Positions 29,717 to 39,029 of a stretch of 64,000 bases of DNA are shown here, piece by piece (position 1 is the stretch's first letter; each line of letters opens with the position of its first letter). Source of the stretch: an uncultured Actinomycetes bacterium. Lineage in GTDB: Bacteria; Actinomycetota; Thermoleophilia; Gaiellales; JAICJC01. The position numbers and the translations under genes are program-made. The notes under the pieces are model-generated. The model had not been told where the DNA came from. It worked only from the letters and a program-made list of their open reading frames with translations, and searched no databases. The stretch is from NCBI GenBank assembly GCA_963755675.1, contig CAVWLK010000040.1, forward strand, positions 57,584-121,583, written 5' to 3'.

Positions 29717-30953
29717 ATGCTCGACCGGCGCCCGGTCGCATCCGGGTACGATCCCGCCGCCGTGCCAAGCCGCCCCCTCCCCCTCGCCGGCCTTCGTGTG
29801 CTCGACCTCACGCAGGTGCTGGCGGGCCCGTTTTGCACGATGATGCTGGGCGACCTGGGCGCCGACGTGATCAAAGTCGAGCGCCCGGGAGAGGGCGACG
29901 GCAGCCGCCGCTGGGGACCGCCGTTTCGCGGCGGCGAGAGCGCCTACTTCATGCAGGTGAACCGCAACAAGCGGTCGATCGCAGTCGACCTCGGCGACGA
30001 GTCCGGCCGCGAGGTCGTGCGGCGATTGATCGTGCGGGCGGACGTGGTGCTGCACAACTTCCTGCCGGCGGCGGCCGCGCGCTACGGCGTCGACGCGGAG
30101 GCGGTGCGGGAGCTCAACCCGCGGGCGGTGCACTGCACGATCGCCGGCTATCCGTCGGACGGACCGGACGCCGAGCGGCCGGGCTACGACTTCCTGATGC
30201 AGGGCATCGGCGGCATCATGAGCATCACCGGCGAGCCGGAAGGTGAACCGATGAAGGTGGCCGTTGCCATCTCCGACATCGTGGCCGGCTTATTCGCCAG
30301 CTCGGCGGTGGTGGCGCCTTGTTCGAGCGCGGCGTCGACGGAGAGGGGAAGCCTGCGAGGTATCGCTGCTGGATGCGCAGGTTGCCTGGCTCGCCAACAG
30401 GGCCGGCGACTGGCTGATCAGCGGCATCGAGCCGCAGCGGCTGGGCAACGCCCACCCCTCGATCGTGCCCTACGAGACGTTCCATGCCGCGGACGGATAC
30501 ATCAACCTGGCCGTCGGCACCGACGATCACTTCCGCCGCTTCTGCCGCGAGGCCGGTCGCGACGACCTCGCCGACGACCCCCGCTGGCAGACGAACGCCG
30601 GCCGCGTTGAGGGGCGCGAAGAGTTGGTGCCGGAGCTGCAGGCATTGATCGCGGGACGCACCGTGTCGGAGTGGACGGCGGTGCTGGAGCGAGCCCACGT
30701 GCCCGGCGGGCCGGTGCTGACGATCCCCGAGGTGTTCGCCGGCCCGGCCGCGCACATGGTGGAGACGACCGAACACCCGACCGCCGGAGAGATCCAGCTG
30801 GTGCGCTCGCCGATGCGGTTCGAGGATGAGCGACCGGGCAGCCGCCTGCCGCCGCCGGCACTGGGCGAGCATGCCGCCGAGGTGCTGGCCGAGCTCGACT
30901 ACTCCGACGATGAGGCATCGCACCTGCTGACAGGCGCCTGCAAGCCTCGCTAG
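29717..30953 (+). pseudogene. Family III CoA-transferase (CaiB/BaiF), frame-disrupted
   Basis: LAGLRVLDLTQVLAGPFCTMMLGDLGADVIKVERP lies in ORF 29606..30610. The continuation GEACEVSLLDAQVAWLAN...LGEHAAEVLAEL lies in ORF 30264..30953. The frame changes occur at ~30318-30345. Confidence 0.85.
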
Positions 30954-30969
30954 AATCCCGGCTCCACAC

Positions 30970-31053
30970 GCGGATGTGGCGGAATTGGTAGACGCGCACG
31001 GTTCAGGTCCGTGTGGCCGTAAGGTCGTGGAGGTTCAAGTCCTCTCATCCGCA
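30970..31053 (+). tRNA. tRNA-Leu (anticodon CAG)
   Basis: GCGGATGTGGCGGAATTGGTAGACGCGCACGGTTCAGGTCCGTGTGGCCGTAAGGTCGTGGAGGTTCAAGTCCTCTCATCCGCA has a long variable arm, acceptor stem GCGGATG/CATCCGC and anticodon loop TTCAGGT. Confidence 0.93.
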
Positions 31054-31379
31054 CTGCTCCAGGGCGCAAGGCTGCGTCAAGACGACATAATGGCGCTACC
31101 TCGGGCGGTTGTCAGGCCCGGGCTGGCAGGACTGGAGCCCTCGCCTAGACCAGCCGCTCGGCCGGGGCACCAACTTCCGGGTTAGTGCGTTGGCAGTGGA
31201 CGGGAAACAGAGAGAAGATTCGCCTGCCCAGGATCCGCCATCCGCTGTCAATCTCCTCAGTTGTCTGCTGCGAAACCGAGTTTCGGGATTGTGCCAGTGA
31301 CATAGTTGCATGCCAGCGGTCGCTTGACGCCCTAGTCCGGTTGGTTGAATCCCCCAGCTAAAAAAGGGAACATGGAGCG

Positions 31380-31925
31380 ATGATTGCGCCCGCCCCGGCC
31401 AGCCGCGCACCTGCTTACTGGCTCCGCACATTTGTAGCCGCTTGCGTGCTAGCGGTGGCTCTCGGCGTGATCACCCTAGTGACCGACGACTCGCCTGCCC
31501 GGCTGACCGTGAAGGGAATCGGCGACGGCCCAGTCGCTCCCGGCCCGGACAACAGTGGCGTCACCGACGGGGGCGTTGCGGGCACCGGCCACTTCACCTT
31601 CGGCGGCGCACTCAACGACGCCGGTCGATACACCGACTACCGCACCGTCACCGGTCAAATCGCCACGGTGCGCAAAGTGCTGGTCACCACTGAGGGAACC
31701 ATCGGGATGACCCTCACCATCCATCTGGGCCGCAACGTTTCGCCGCCCTGGACAATTACCTCAGCGACGGGAGCCTACGCCGGCCTCCACGGCAAGGGAA
31801 CCGTCACGGTCGACAGTATCAAGCCGACCCGTACACGTTCGCCATGGTGGGCACAGTCTCGCGCTAGATGCCCGGCGGTTGGTTCTGAGAGAGCGCCGGA
31901 TCGCGAGCCTGAGCGGGTGTTGTGA
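31380..31925 (+). CDS. Hypothetical membrane-anchored or secreted protein
   Basis: The ATG is preceded by GGAGCG. An N-terminal hydrophobic anchor (FVAACVLAVALGVITLV) is followed by a Gly/Thr-rich domain (GHFTFGGALNDAGRYTDY...ATGAYAGLHGKGTVTV). A 1-nt shift at ~31812 would give ...YQADPYTFAMVGTVSR with a stop at 31867, so the 3' end is uncertain. Confidence 0.5.
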   Translation: MIAPAPASRAPAYWLRTFVAACVLAVALGVITLVTDDSPARLTVKGIGDGPVAPGPDNSGVTDGGVAGTGHFTFGGALNDAGRYTDYRTVTGQIATVRKVLVTTEGTIGMTLTIHLGRNVSPPWTITSATGAYAGLHGKGTVTVDSIKPTRTRSPWWAQSRARCPAVGSERAPDREPERVL

Positions 31926-32355
31926 ACGCCGTGAGGGGCGAAGAATTTGAGGACTCGTCGGTTGCAGGTGATCCTTCTCGCCTGGCTATACGGATCCGAA
32001 CGTGAAAAACGCCCGCCGGTACATGGTGCCCACACAGCTCGCCGCGTCGGTGAGCACCCTGGCGGATTCGTGGACGGTGATCCAGTTTTACCGATTGGTA
32101 AACGGATCCCAGGGTAGCGCCACGACGGCTTCGGGACTCCCCGCGTGGGGACTGCACGAGCACCGATCCTCGCCGCCACTGGAGCCACCTGCCTGAGGAT
32201 TATTGCTACGCGGACTTCCAAGCGTTTGTCGAGGCGATCCCGCCGGGGTGATTGATGCCTCGCCCGCCGAGATCGCGACGCTCTATGGCCGAGCCGGAGT
32301 AGCTTCCGGCGCTTCCTGATCCCGCCTCGGTGTGTTCGCGTTCGCCGAGAGTGGA

Positions 32356-32667
32356 TCACGAAGGACGCACCCTCCACGCATAGGCGACGAACGCCGCCAA
32401 TGTGCCCATGGCGAGGTTCGTGATGAAGGGGATCGGAAGCAGCGTCAGAGCGATCGGGGCGTTGGCCCCAGAACTCGACTCAATGACCTGAATCATCATC
32501 GCAGCGATAACGGCGCCACAGGCGAGGCCGATGGTAGCGCCGGCCAGAAGTGCGATCGCCGGGGGCGCACCGAATCGGGCGAGCTTGCCACCGGCAGGCG
32601 TCGCGAGAAACAGGCCAGGCGCGCCGAGGAATGCTGCCAAGAGAACCAGATTGACGAGAGCGGACAT
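32356..32667 (-). CDS. Hypothetical small membrane protein (3 TM)
   Basis: 103-aa hydrophobic ORF. I recognised no family. Confidence 0.5.
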   Translation of the reverse strand: MSALVNLVLLAAFLGAPGLFLATPAGGKLARFGAPPAIALLAGATIGLACGAVIAAMMIQVIESSSGANAPIALTLLPIPFITNLAMGTLAAFVAYAWRVRPS

Positions 32668-32844
32668 GCTGCGAGTATCAGCAGGCGCTTGGTGCCGGCG
32701 TCGGGGGCATCCCTACGTCATGCGCTGAACGTTGGTAGCCGGCGGGAAGGGGTCTGGCCCCCTCCCGTGCCGCAGCCCAGTTCACACCCCCCACCACCGT
32801 GCCTGGCACCGGGGCAGGTATACGGCCCGCGTTAGACTGAGCGC

Positions 32845-33136
32845 GTGGCGATGTTCCTGCTCGTACTCCACCGCGCCGGCCCGCAGTGGCAATCCGGACT
32901 GCCGCTCGAGCAGCAGTCCGGATGGGAAGAACACGCGGCGTTCATGGACGAGTTGGTCGACTCCGGCTTCGTCGTGCTCGGCGGCCCGCTGGGGGACGAG
33001 TTCCGTGTGGTGCACGCGATCGAGGCGGAATCGGAGGAGGCCGTGCGCGCAACGCTTGCGCTCGACCCCTGGCAGTCGTCCCACCTCGTGATCGACTCCA
33101 TCGATCCGTGGACGATGCCGGCTCGACGGTCGCTGA
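32845..33136 (+). pseudogene. YciI-like (YCII domain) protein, probable 1-nt insertion near the 3' end
   Basis: MFLLVLHRAGPQW...EEHAAFMDELVDSGFVVLGGPLGDEFRVVHAIEAESEEAVRATLALDPW. Removing one base at ~33119 gives ...DPWTMRLDGR with a stop at 33134-33136. The annotated ORF instead runs on to 33429 in non-coding-looking sequence. Confidence 0.65.
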
Positions 33137-33425
33137 GCGCCGCCTGCTCTCCGCAAACTGCGAACTTGCCGCTTGCGCGGTCACGGCGCGGCCACTACCG
33201 TGCTGCGCCCGTGCATCCCTCGCCTGACGACCATCGCCCCCTGCAGACGCCACCCATCCCGAGCCGCCCAGAAGCTGGCTTGCGGTGGTCGCATTGCTCG
33301 AGCAGCGCGGCTTCGATGAGCTCGTGCGCCTCCGGCGACGACCCGTTCCCCCGGAGGACGACGGCCGCTGATCCGATTTCGGATCACACCCACAAATACC
33401 GCAAAACGGCGAGGGCGCGGCGAGT

Positions 33426-33923
33426 GTGATTGAGGGAAGATGCTCCAATGGGCGTGAATCACTCCACCAGCCGCAGCGCCGTCCGGCTCGCGCTAGTCAC
33501 CAATCCCCCTCCCGCTCACCGGACAAGCCCACCGGTGTGCCGGCGGGGCTGCGGCTACTTCGCTCACTCGACCGCTCCGTGCTCGAGACCGCACGTGACG
33601 TCAACCTCCGTCCGATGGAGCTCTACGCCTTGCTCCTGCTCAGCGACTGCCCCAACGGTGAGGCCGTGAACACCAGAGTTCTGGCCGACCTGCTCGCCGC
33701 CAGCCAGAGCCAGGCCAAGCAGATCGCGCTGCGCCTGGCCGCCAGGGGCTACGTGCACCGACGCGGCTCGCAGGGACGCACGTGGCTGACCCACGAAGGT
33801 CGCAAGCTGGCACAACACGCCGGCGACGTGCTCGAGGACGAGATGGCACGCCGCCTGGGCGATATCGACCGTCACGTGCTGGCGCTCGGCGCAGCGACGC
33901 TGACCGCGCTCGCCGCCGTCTAG
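33426..33923 (+). CDS. MarR-family transcriptional regulator
   Basis: LRPMELYALLLLSD...VNTRVLADLLAASQSQAKQIALRLAARGYVHR forms the winged HTH. The start is uncertain; an alternative is GTG 33537. Confidence 0.8.
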   Translation: MIEGRCSNGRESLHQPQRRPARASHQSPSRSPDKPTGVPAGLRLLRSLDRSVLETARDVNLRPMELYALLLLSDCPNGEAVNTRVLADLLAASQSQAKQIALRLAARGYVHRRGSQGRTWLTHEGRKLAQHAGDVLEDEMARRLGDIDRHVLALGAATLTALAAV

Positions 33924-33936
33924 CCTCAGGCGCACC

Positions 33937-34656
33937 ATGTCCCCGTCCAGCCGCCCCACCATCGGGATCACGAGCTACTGGGCACCCGTCACGCTGGGAA
34001 GCTGGCGGGCCGGCGCCACGGTCACCTTCCAGGGCTACATCGAAGGAACGCGGCTGGCCGGCGGTCGACCGATCGTGATTCCGGCCGACCCGCACCTGAT
34101 CGACCATCCGGAAGAGATGATCGAGATGGTGGACGGAATCGTGTTCGTCGGTGGTGACGACGTGGCGCCCGAGGAGTACGGGGCGGACCGGCACGCCCGC
34201 ACCGGCCCGCGCCACGAGCGGCGCGACGCGGTCGAGCTGGCGCTGGCGCGCTGCGCGCTCGAACGCGACGTCCCGTTGCTCGCGATCTGCCGCGGATTCC
34301 AGCTGCTGAACGTCGCCCGTGGGGGAACGCTCGTCCAGCATCTCGACGACGTGCTCGATCAGGCCCCGCACCGCGCCGACGACACCACCTACGGCCGCCA
34401 CGAGGTGACCACAGTGGATGGCACTCGCCTGCGGCAGATCGTGGGCGAGCGCGCCGAGGTGTTCTCACACCACCACCAGGGCGTCGAACGGGTCGGCGAT
34501 GGGCTGGTGGCAGCGGCACACGCCCACGACGGCATCGTTGAGGGCGTGGAGGATCCCACCCGCCGGTTCGCGGTCGGCGTGCTCTGGCACCCTGACGCCG
34601 AGCCGGATACGGGCGGCGCATCGCTGTTCGAGGCGCTGGTATCGTCCGCCCGATGA
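33937..34656 (+). CDS. Class I glutamine amidotransferase-like gamma-glutamyl hydrolase (peptidase C26, PuuD-like)
   Basis: 239 aa with IGITSY, GIVFVGGDDV, LLAICRGFQLLNVARGGTL, HHQG and GVLWHPD. Confidence 0.85.
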   Translation: MSPSSRPTIGITSYWAPVTLGSWRAGATVTFQGYIEGTRLAGGRPIVIPADPHLIDHPEEMIEMVDGIVFVGGDDVAPEEYGADRHARTGPRHERRDAVELALARCALERDVPLLAICRGFQLLNVARGGTLVQHLDDVLDQAPHRADDTTYGRHEVTTVDGTRLRQIVGERAEVFSHHHQGVERVGDGLVAAAHAHDGIVEGVEDPTRRFAVGVLWHPDAEPDTGGASLFEALVSSAR

Positions 34657-35915
34657 GCAGGTTGTGGCATCCGTTCGCCGACATGGCGACCGTCAAGGAC
34701 GGCGAGTTCGTCGTGGCCCGCGGCGAGGGTGCGCGGGTGTGGGACGAGCAGGGCCGCGAGTACGTCGACGCCAAGGGCGGACTCTGGTACTGCGCCGTCG
34801 GCCACGGCAGGGGTGAGATCGCAGACGCCGCCGCCGCGCAGATGCGTGAGCTGGCCGGCTACGACATCTTCGGCTCGACCGCCAACCGGCCGGCCCTCGA
34901 GCTGGCCGATCGCGTCTCGGCCTTGGCGCCGTTCGCCGACGGTGCAGTGTTCTTCGGCAGCGGCGGTTCGGACGCCGTCGACACGGCCGGCAAGCTCGCG
35001 CTCCGCTACTGGCACGCCATGGGACGCCCGCAGAAGCGCACGATCGTCCACCGCGAGCGCAGCTACCACGGCATGAACGCGTACGGCACCAGCCTCGCGG
35101 GCATCCCCGCCAACCGCGAGGGCATTGGAACGCTGGTGCCGGACACGGCATCGGTCGGCACCGACGACACCGCAGCGCTCGAGCGCCTGTTCGAGCAGAG
35201 CGGCGACTCGATCGCCGCCTTCATCGGCGAGCCCGTGATCGGCGCCGGCGGCATCTTCCACCCAGCACCCGGGTACTGGCAACGGGTGCAGGAGCTGTGC
35301 GAGGCCCACGACGTGCTGCTGATCGCCGACGAGGTGATCTGTGGCTTCGGCCGGCTGGGCACATGGTTCGGCTGCCACCGCTTCGGCATCACGCCCGACA
35401 TCATCACCTGCGCCAAGGGGATCACCTCCGGCTACCTGCCCTTGGGAGCCGTCGTGGTGGCGCCGCGGGTGCAGGAGCCGTTCTGGAGCACCCCAGGTCA
35501 GGCGATGTTCCGCCATGGCTACACCTACTCCGGCCACCCCAGCGTCTGCGCGGCCGCCCTCGCCAACCTCGACATCCTCGAGCGTGAGGGCCTGCTCGAG
35601 CGGGTGGCGCGACTGGAGCCCGTGCTCGCTGATGCGATGCGGCCGCTGGTCGACCTGCCCCTGGTGAGCGAGGTGCGCAGCGGCGTCGGCCTGCTGGCTG
35701 CGATCGAGATCGACGGCCAGGCGCGCGCGGCCGATCCCGGCCTGGTCGACCGGATCGTCACAGGATGCCGCGATCGCGGAGTGCTCACGAGGGGCCTGGC
35801 GGGCCACTCCCTGCAGGTGTCGCCGCCGTTTGTGATCGGCGAGGACGAGATCGCGCGGATCGCCACGGTGTTTGCCGAGACGCTGTCAGGCGTGTCGGTG
35901 AAGACCGGCGTGTAG
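34653..35915 (+). CDS. Class III (omega) aminotransferase
   Basis: 420 aa with an ATGA overlap to the upstream gene. Motifs are YCAVGHGR, FFGSGGSDAVD, LIADEVICGFGRLG and ITCAKGITSGYLPLG (the PLP lysine). Confidence 0.9.
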   Translation: MSRLWHPFADMATVKDGEFVVARGEGARVWDEQGREYVDAKGGLWYCAVGHGRGEIADAAAAQMRELAGYDIFGSTANRPALELADRVSALAPFADGAVFFGSGGSDAVDTAGKLALRYWHAMGRPQKRTIVHRERSYHGMNAYGTSLAGIPANREGIGTLVPDTASVGTDDTAALERLFEQSGDSIAAFIGEPVIGAGGIFHPAPGYWQRVQELCEAHDVLLIADEVICGFGRLGTWFGCHRFGITPDIITCAKGITSGYLPLGAVVVAPRVQEPFWSTPGQAMFRHGYTYSGHPSVCAAALANLDILEREGLLERVARLEPVLADAMRPLVDLPLVSEVRSGVGLLAAIEIDGQARAADPGLVDRIVTGCRDRGVLTRGLAGHSLQVSPPFVIGEDEIARIATVFAETLSGVSVKTGV

Positions 35916-36161
35916 CCGATCGCCCAGCGCGTGCAGACCGTGCTCGTAGTGGTGTGCCAGCCGCGACGGCAGTCGTAGCGCCGCCACGATCACGCCCAGG
36001 CTGACCACAAGCGGGATCAACGCCGAGGCCGCCACGGTCCACGTGAACGTCTGCTCGCCGGCCACCACGGCCAGCCACACCGGCCACAGCATCACCGCCA
36101 TCACACCCACCAGCGCGAGCGCGAGACCCCTGCTCGACTCTCCTCGATGGTCGTCGTTCAT
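35886..36161 (-). CDS. Hypothetical small membrane protein
   Basis: ATG 36161 overlaps the CBS gene stop (ATGA). 91 aa with two hydrophobic segments. Confidence 0.5.
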   Translation of the reverse strand: MNDDHRGESSRGLALALVGVMAVMLWPVWLAVVAGEQTFTWTVAASALIPLVVSLGVIVAALRLPSRLAHHYEHGLHALGDRLHAGLHRHA

Positions 36162-36607
36162 GACGACTCCTCTCTGCGACCGCTGGCGGCGGCCAGCATC
36201 TCGCGGGCCGTTGCGGTACCTGCCGGATCGAGCCGCAGCACCGCTTCGGCCATCGCGAACAGATCGCGCAGCGAGATGATGCCGGCCACCATGCCGTCCT
36301 CGCCCACGGGCAGGTGTCGTGCCTTGAGTCGCTTCATCGTGTCCGCTGCCCAGATCACGTCGGCGTCGGGCGGCGCCATCGTCACGTTTCGGGTCATCAG
36401 GTCGCCGACCCGCCGCTCGCGGACGTCGTCGCCCGCGGCGAACACGCGCAGCAGGTCGCGTTCGGTGAAGATGCCGACCAGCCTCGGACCCTCCAGCACC
36501 AGGCATGCGCCAACGCCGCGCTTGTCCATCGTCACGGCCGCCTCAACGACGGTCGCCGTGGGATCGCAGCTGACCAGGTCGGTCTGCATGATCTCGTCGA
36601 CACGCAC
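36158..36607 (-). CDS. CBS domain pair protein
   Basis: 149 aa with two CBS motifs (VGACLVLEGPRLVGIFTERDLL and HLPVGEDGMVAGIISLRDL). Confidence 0.85.
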   Translation of the reverse strand: MRVDEIMQTDLVSCDPTATVVEAAVTMDKRGVGACLVLEGPRLVGIFTERDLLRVFAAGDDVRERRVGDLMTRNVTMAPPDADVIWAADTMKRLKARHLPVGEDGMVAGIISLRDLFAMAEAVLRLDPAGTATAREMLAAASGRREESS

Positions 36608-36702
36608 TTGTATCTCCTGCCACGAGTTTCCACCCGTGTTGTATCACAGCGCGCTGGACAACCCATGGCCGGCCCCCAGGAGGGGCCGGCCATGGCAGGT
36701 TC

Positions 36703-38237
36703 TCAGATAGTGGTGTCGGGCGGCGCGGGCGAGAAGTCGAGATTCTCGTCCAGCGGTGCAACGCCGTGGTGGGCCCGAGCGTATGCAGCCGCGTTTCTGA
36801 CGTTCTCCGCACGGAAGATCCGGACGATGCCGAACCAGATCGCCGACAACACCACGGTACCCAGCGCCCAGTACAGCGCCAGCCAGTTCAGGTTGGTCGT
36901 GTCATGTGGCTTTGGATCGAGCGCCCCATAGAACCCAAGAATGGGCGTCGCGATGGCAACCAGCACCACGAGGTACTGCCACCATACGGCTCGACTGATC
37001 ACCAGCAGTCTGATCGCAGCGATCGCCAGGAACAGGTACACGAGCTCCACCGCAAACGATCCGGCCGTGGCCGCGACCAGGAAAGCCGCGAACTCACGAG
37101 ACGGCAGACCCTGAGGGCCCACGAAGCGGTCGAGTGTGTGGCTGTAAAGGCCAAGCAAGATCAGCCCGCCGCCCCCGACGGCGACGACCAGGTTGCCGAC
37201 CCAGGGGGTGTTGTGCCGCGAGGTCTTGGCGAAAAAGGACGGCAAAGCCCGTCCCTACCGAGCGCAAAGTATCCTCGGCCGATGGTGACGCAGATTGCGA
37301 GAGCCAGCGCGGTGGCGTCCAGGATCACGACCAGATCGATGATCGTCGCGAACCACGAGCCGACGTATTCGGTCGCCACCTTGTCCAAAGCGGCAGGGTC
37401 AAAGGCCCATCCTCCGGCGTCCACGACCGTCTTGCCAAGCCCAATCGATATGGAGTACGCCATCAGGACGAAGAAGGCGGCGGACGCTGCCACCGTCCCG
37501 AGCAGGGCACGTGGAATCGATCTGGTCGGGTCGTGGCTTTCTTCGCCGATCGAAGCGGCTGCCTCGAAGCCGACGAACAGCAGGATGCCAAGCATCACAC
37601 CGTTGAAGACGGTTCGAACGGACGTCGTTCCCGGGTCGAAGACCGAGAGCGTGTTGCCGTCCGCCCCGCCCTGGACGATGATCGCGACCGCCAGAATCAG
37701 CATCGGGGTGAACGACACTGCGGCGAACGCGAGCATGGCGCCAATCGCGATTCGCACACCGATGTAGTTGAGGATGAGTACGAGGGCCAGGAAGAGCAAC
37801 GCCAACAGCCACCAGGCTGGAATCGTCGACGTTGAAATGTGCGCCACCCAGAATCCCTGGGTGAGAATCCCAAGGCCCAGATAGATCCCGCCACCGCCCA
37901 GGAACAAGGTTCCGGTGAAGAAGATGCCGGCAGCGAAGATGCCGATCGCGGGGTGCGCCCCCTGCGTGAGGTACTCGTACACCGCGCCCGCCCCCTGGTA
38001 CAAACGTGCGAAGAGCGCGAGCGAGTAGGCGATCGCCAGCACGCCCAGGCCGGCTATCAGCACGCTCAGGGGGGTGTTGAAGCCTGCGCCGTTGATCGGG
38101 TTGGAGACGAAGCTCAGAACGATCGCCGTCGAGAACATCGGGCCGATCGCCAATGCCTGCGCGACCGCGGCCAGCGTTCCCAGTCGACGCTCGCCGAGTT
38201 CGCCTCCTGCGGCCGGCACAGGTGCGGCCTCTGACAT
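36703..38237 (-). pseudogene. APC-family amino acid/polyamine permease, one frameshift
   Basis: ATG 38237 is preceded by GAGGAGGG. The N-terminal part lies in ORF 37161..38333 and the C-terminal part in ORF 36703..37245. The junction is at ~37245 (FALGRDGL / LPSFFAKTSRHNTPWVGN). Confidence 0.85.
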
Positions 38238-38324
38238 GACACCCTCCTCGGTCGGGTTACAACTTGGATACATTCGCATCCCGGCCGGATGGCTGTCAAG
38301 CGGTCGTTCCGGCAGGGGGCGCGC

Positions 38325-38352
38325 TTGACCCAACCTGACGATCGCGTAATGT
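38325..38352 (+). promoter_or_regulatory. Candidate sigma-70-type promoter: TTGACC-16 nt-TAATGT
   Basis: -35 at 38325-38330 and -10 at 38347-38352. The GntR ATG at 38364 is 11 nt downstream of the -10, implying a very short leader or none. Confidence 0.4.
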
Positions 38353-38363
38353 ATGCAAAGACC

Positions 38364-39029
38364 ATGAGCGCCCAGCCGACCGCCTCACCTCCCGGGCCAC
38401 TGCAGATCCAGAGCGTGGTCGACCACGTCTATGCGGCGCTGCGCGAGCGGATCCTCTCCGGCGACCTTGCGCGAGGCACCAGGCTGCGACAGGCGATGCT
38501 GGCCGACGAGTTGGGCGTTTCACGCACGCCGCTTCGTGAGGCACTTCGGCGGCTGGCGACCGAGGGCCTGGTGGAGTTCTCGCCCAACCGTGGGGCGACC
38601 GTATCGGAGCTCGACTTCGGCGACATGCGGCATGCGTGGTCGGCACGCGTCGCGCTCGAGCCGGGGGCCGCCCGCCTGGCCGCCGAGCGGCAAGACCCGG
38701 CCTCGATCGCGGCCATGCGAGCCGCGATCGAGATGCAGCGGCAGGCGGGCGGCGACAGGATCGAGAGCTTCGCTGCGAACCGCGCCTTCCACCTCGCCCT
38801 CGCGGCCGCCTCAGGCAATCCGCACCTGACCCGGTTCGCCGAGATGCTGTGGGTGCCCCGCATCGGCGTGCCGATCTACCAGGCCCAGGCGGCCGAGCCC
38901 GCCGGGCCGCAGGCGTGGGCGCACGAGCACGACTCGATCGTGGATGCGATCGAAGCCGGTGACGAGAACCTGGCTGAGCGGCTGACGCGCAAGCACATTG
39001 CGGCGCACCCGCCGGTGCACCCGGCATGA
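38364..39029 (+). CDS. GntR-family regulator (FadR-type, FCD domain)
   Basis: RLRQAMLADELGVSRTPLREALRRLATEGLV forms the HTH, followed by a helical C-terminal FCD-like domain. ORF 38289..39029; ATG 38364 is preferred because ATG 38349 lies inside the putative -10. Confidence 0.85.
   Translation: MSAQPTASPPGPLQIQSVVDHVYAALRERILSGDLARGTRLRQAMLADELGVSRTPLREALRRLATEGLVEFSPNRGATVSELDFGDMRHAWSARVALEPGAARLAAERQDPASIAAMRAAIEMQRQAGGDRIESFAANRAFHLALAAASGNPHLTRFAEMLWVPRIGVPIYQAQAAEPAGPQAWAHEHDSIVDAIEAGDENLAERLTRKHIAAHPPVHPA

Noticed and set aside
31054-33425. Calling the region downstream of tRNA-Leu a genomic island or integrative element.
   Set aside because: I could find no integrase, excisionase or transposase gene or fragment in any frame, and no direct repeat of the tRNA 3' end. 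Only the composition and the orphan genes are suggestive, so it is reported as a low-interest observation and not as a mobile_element feature.
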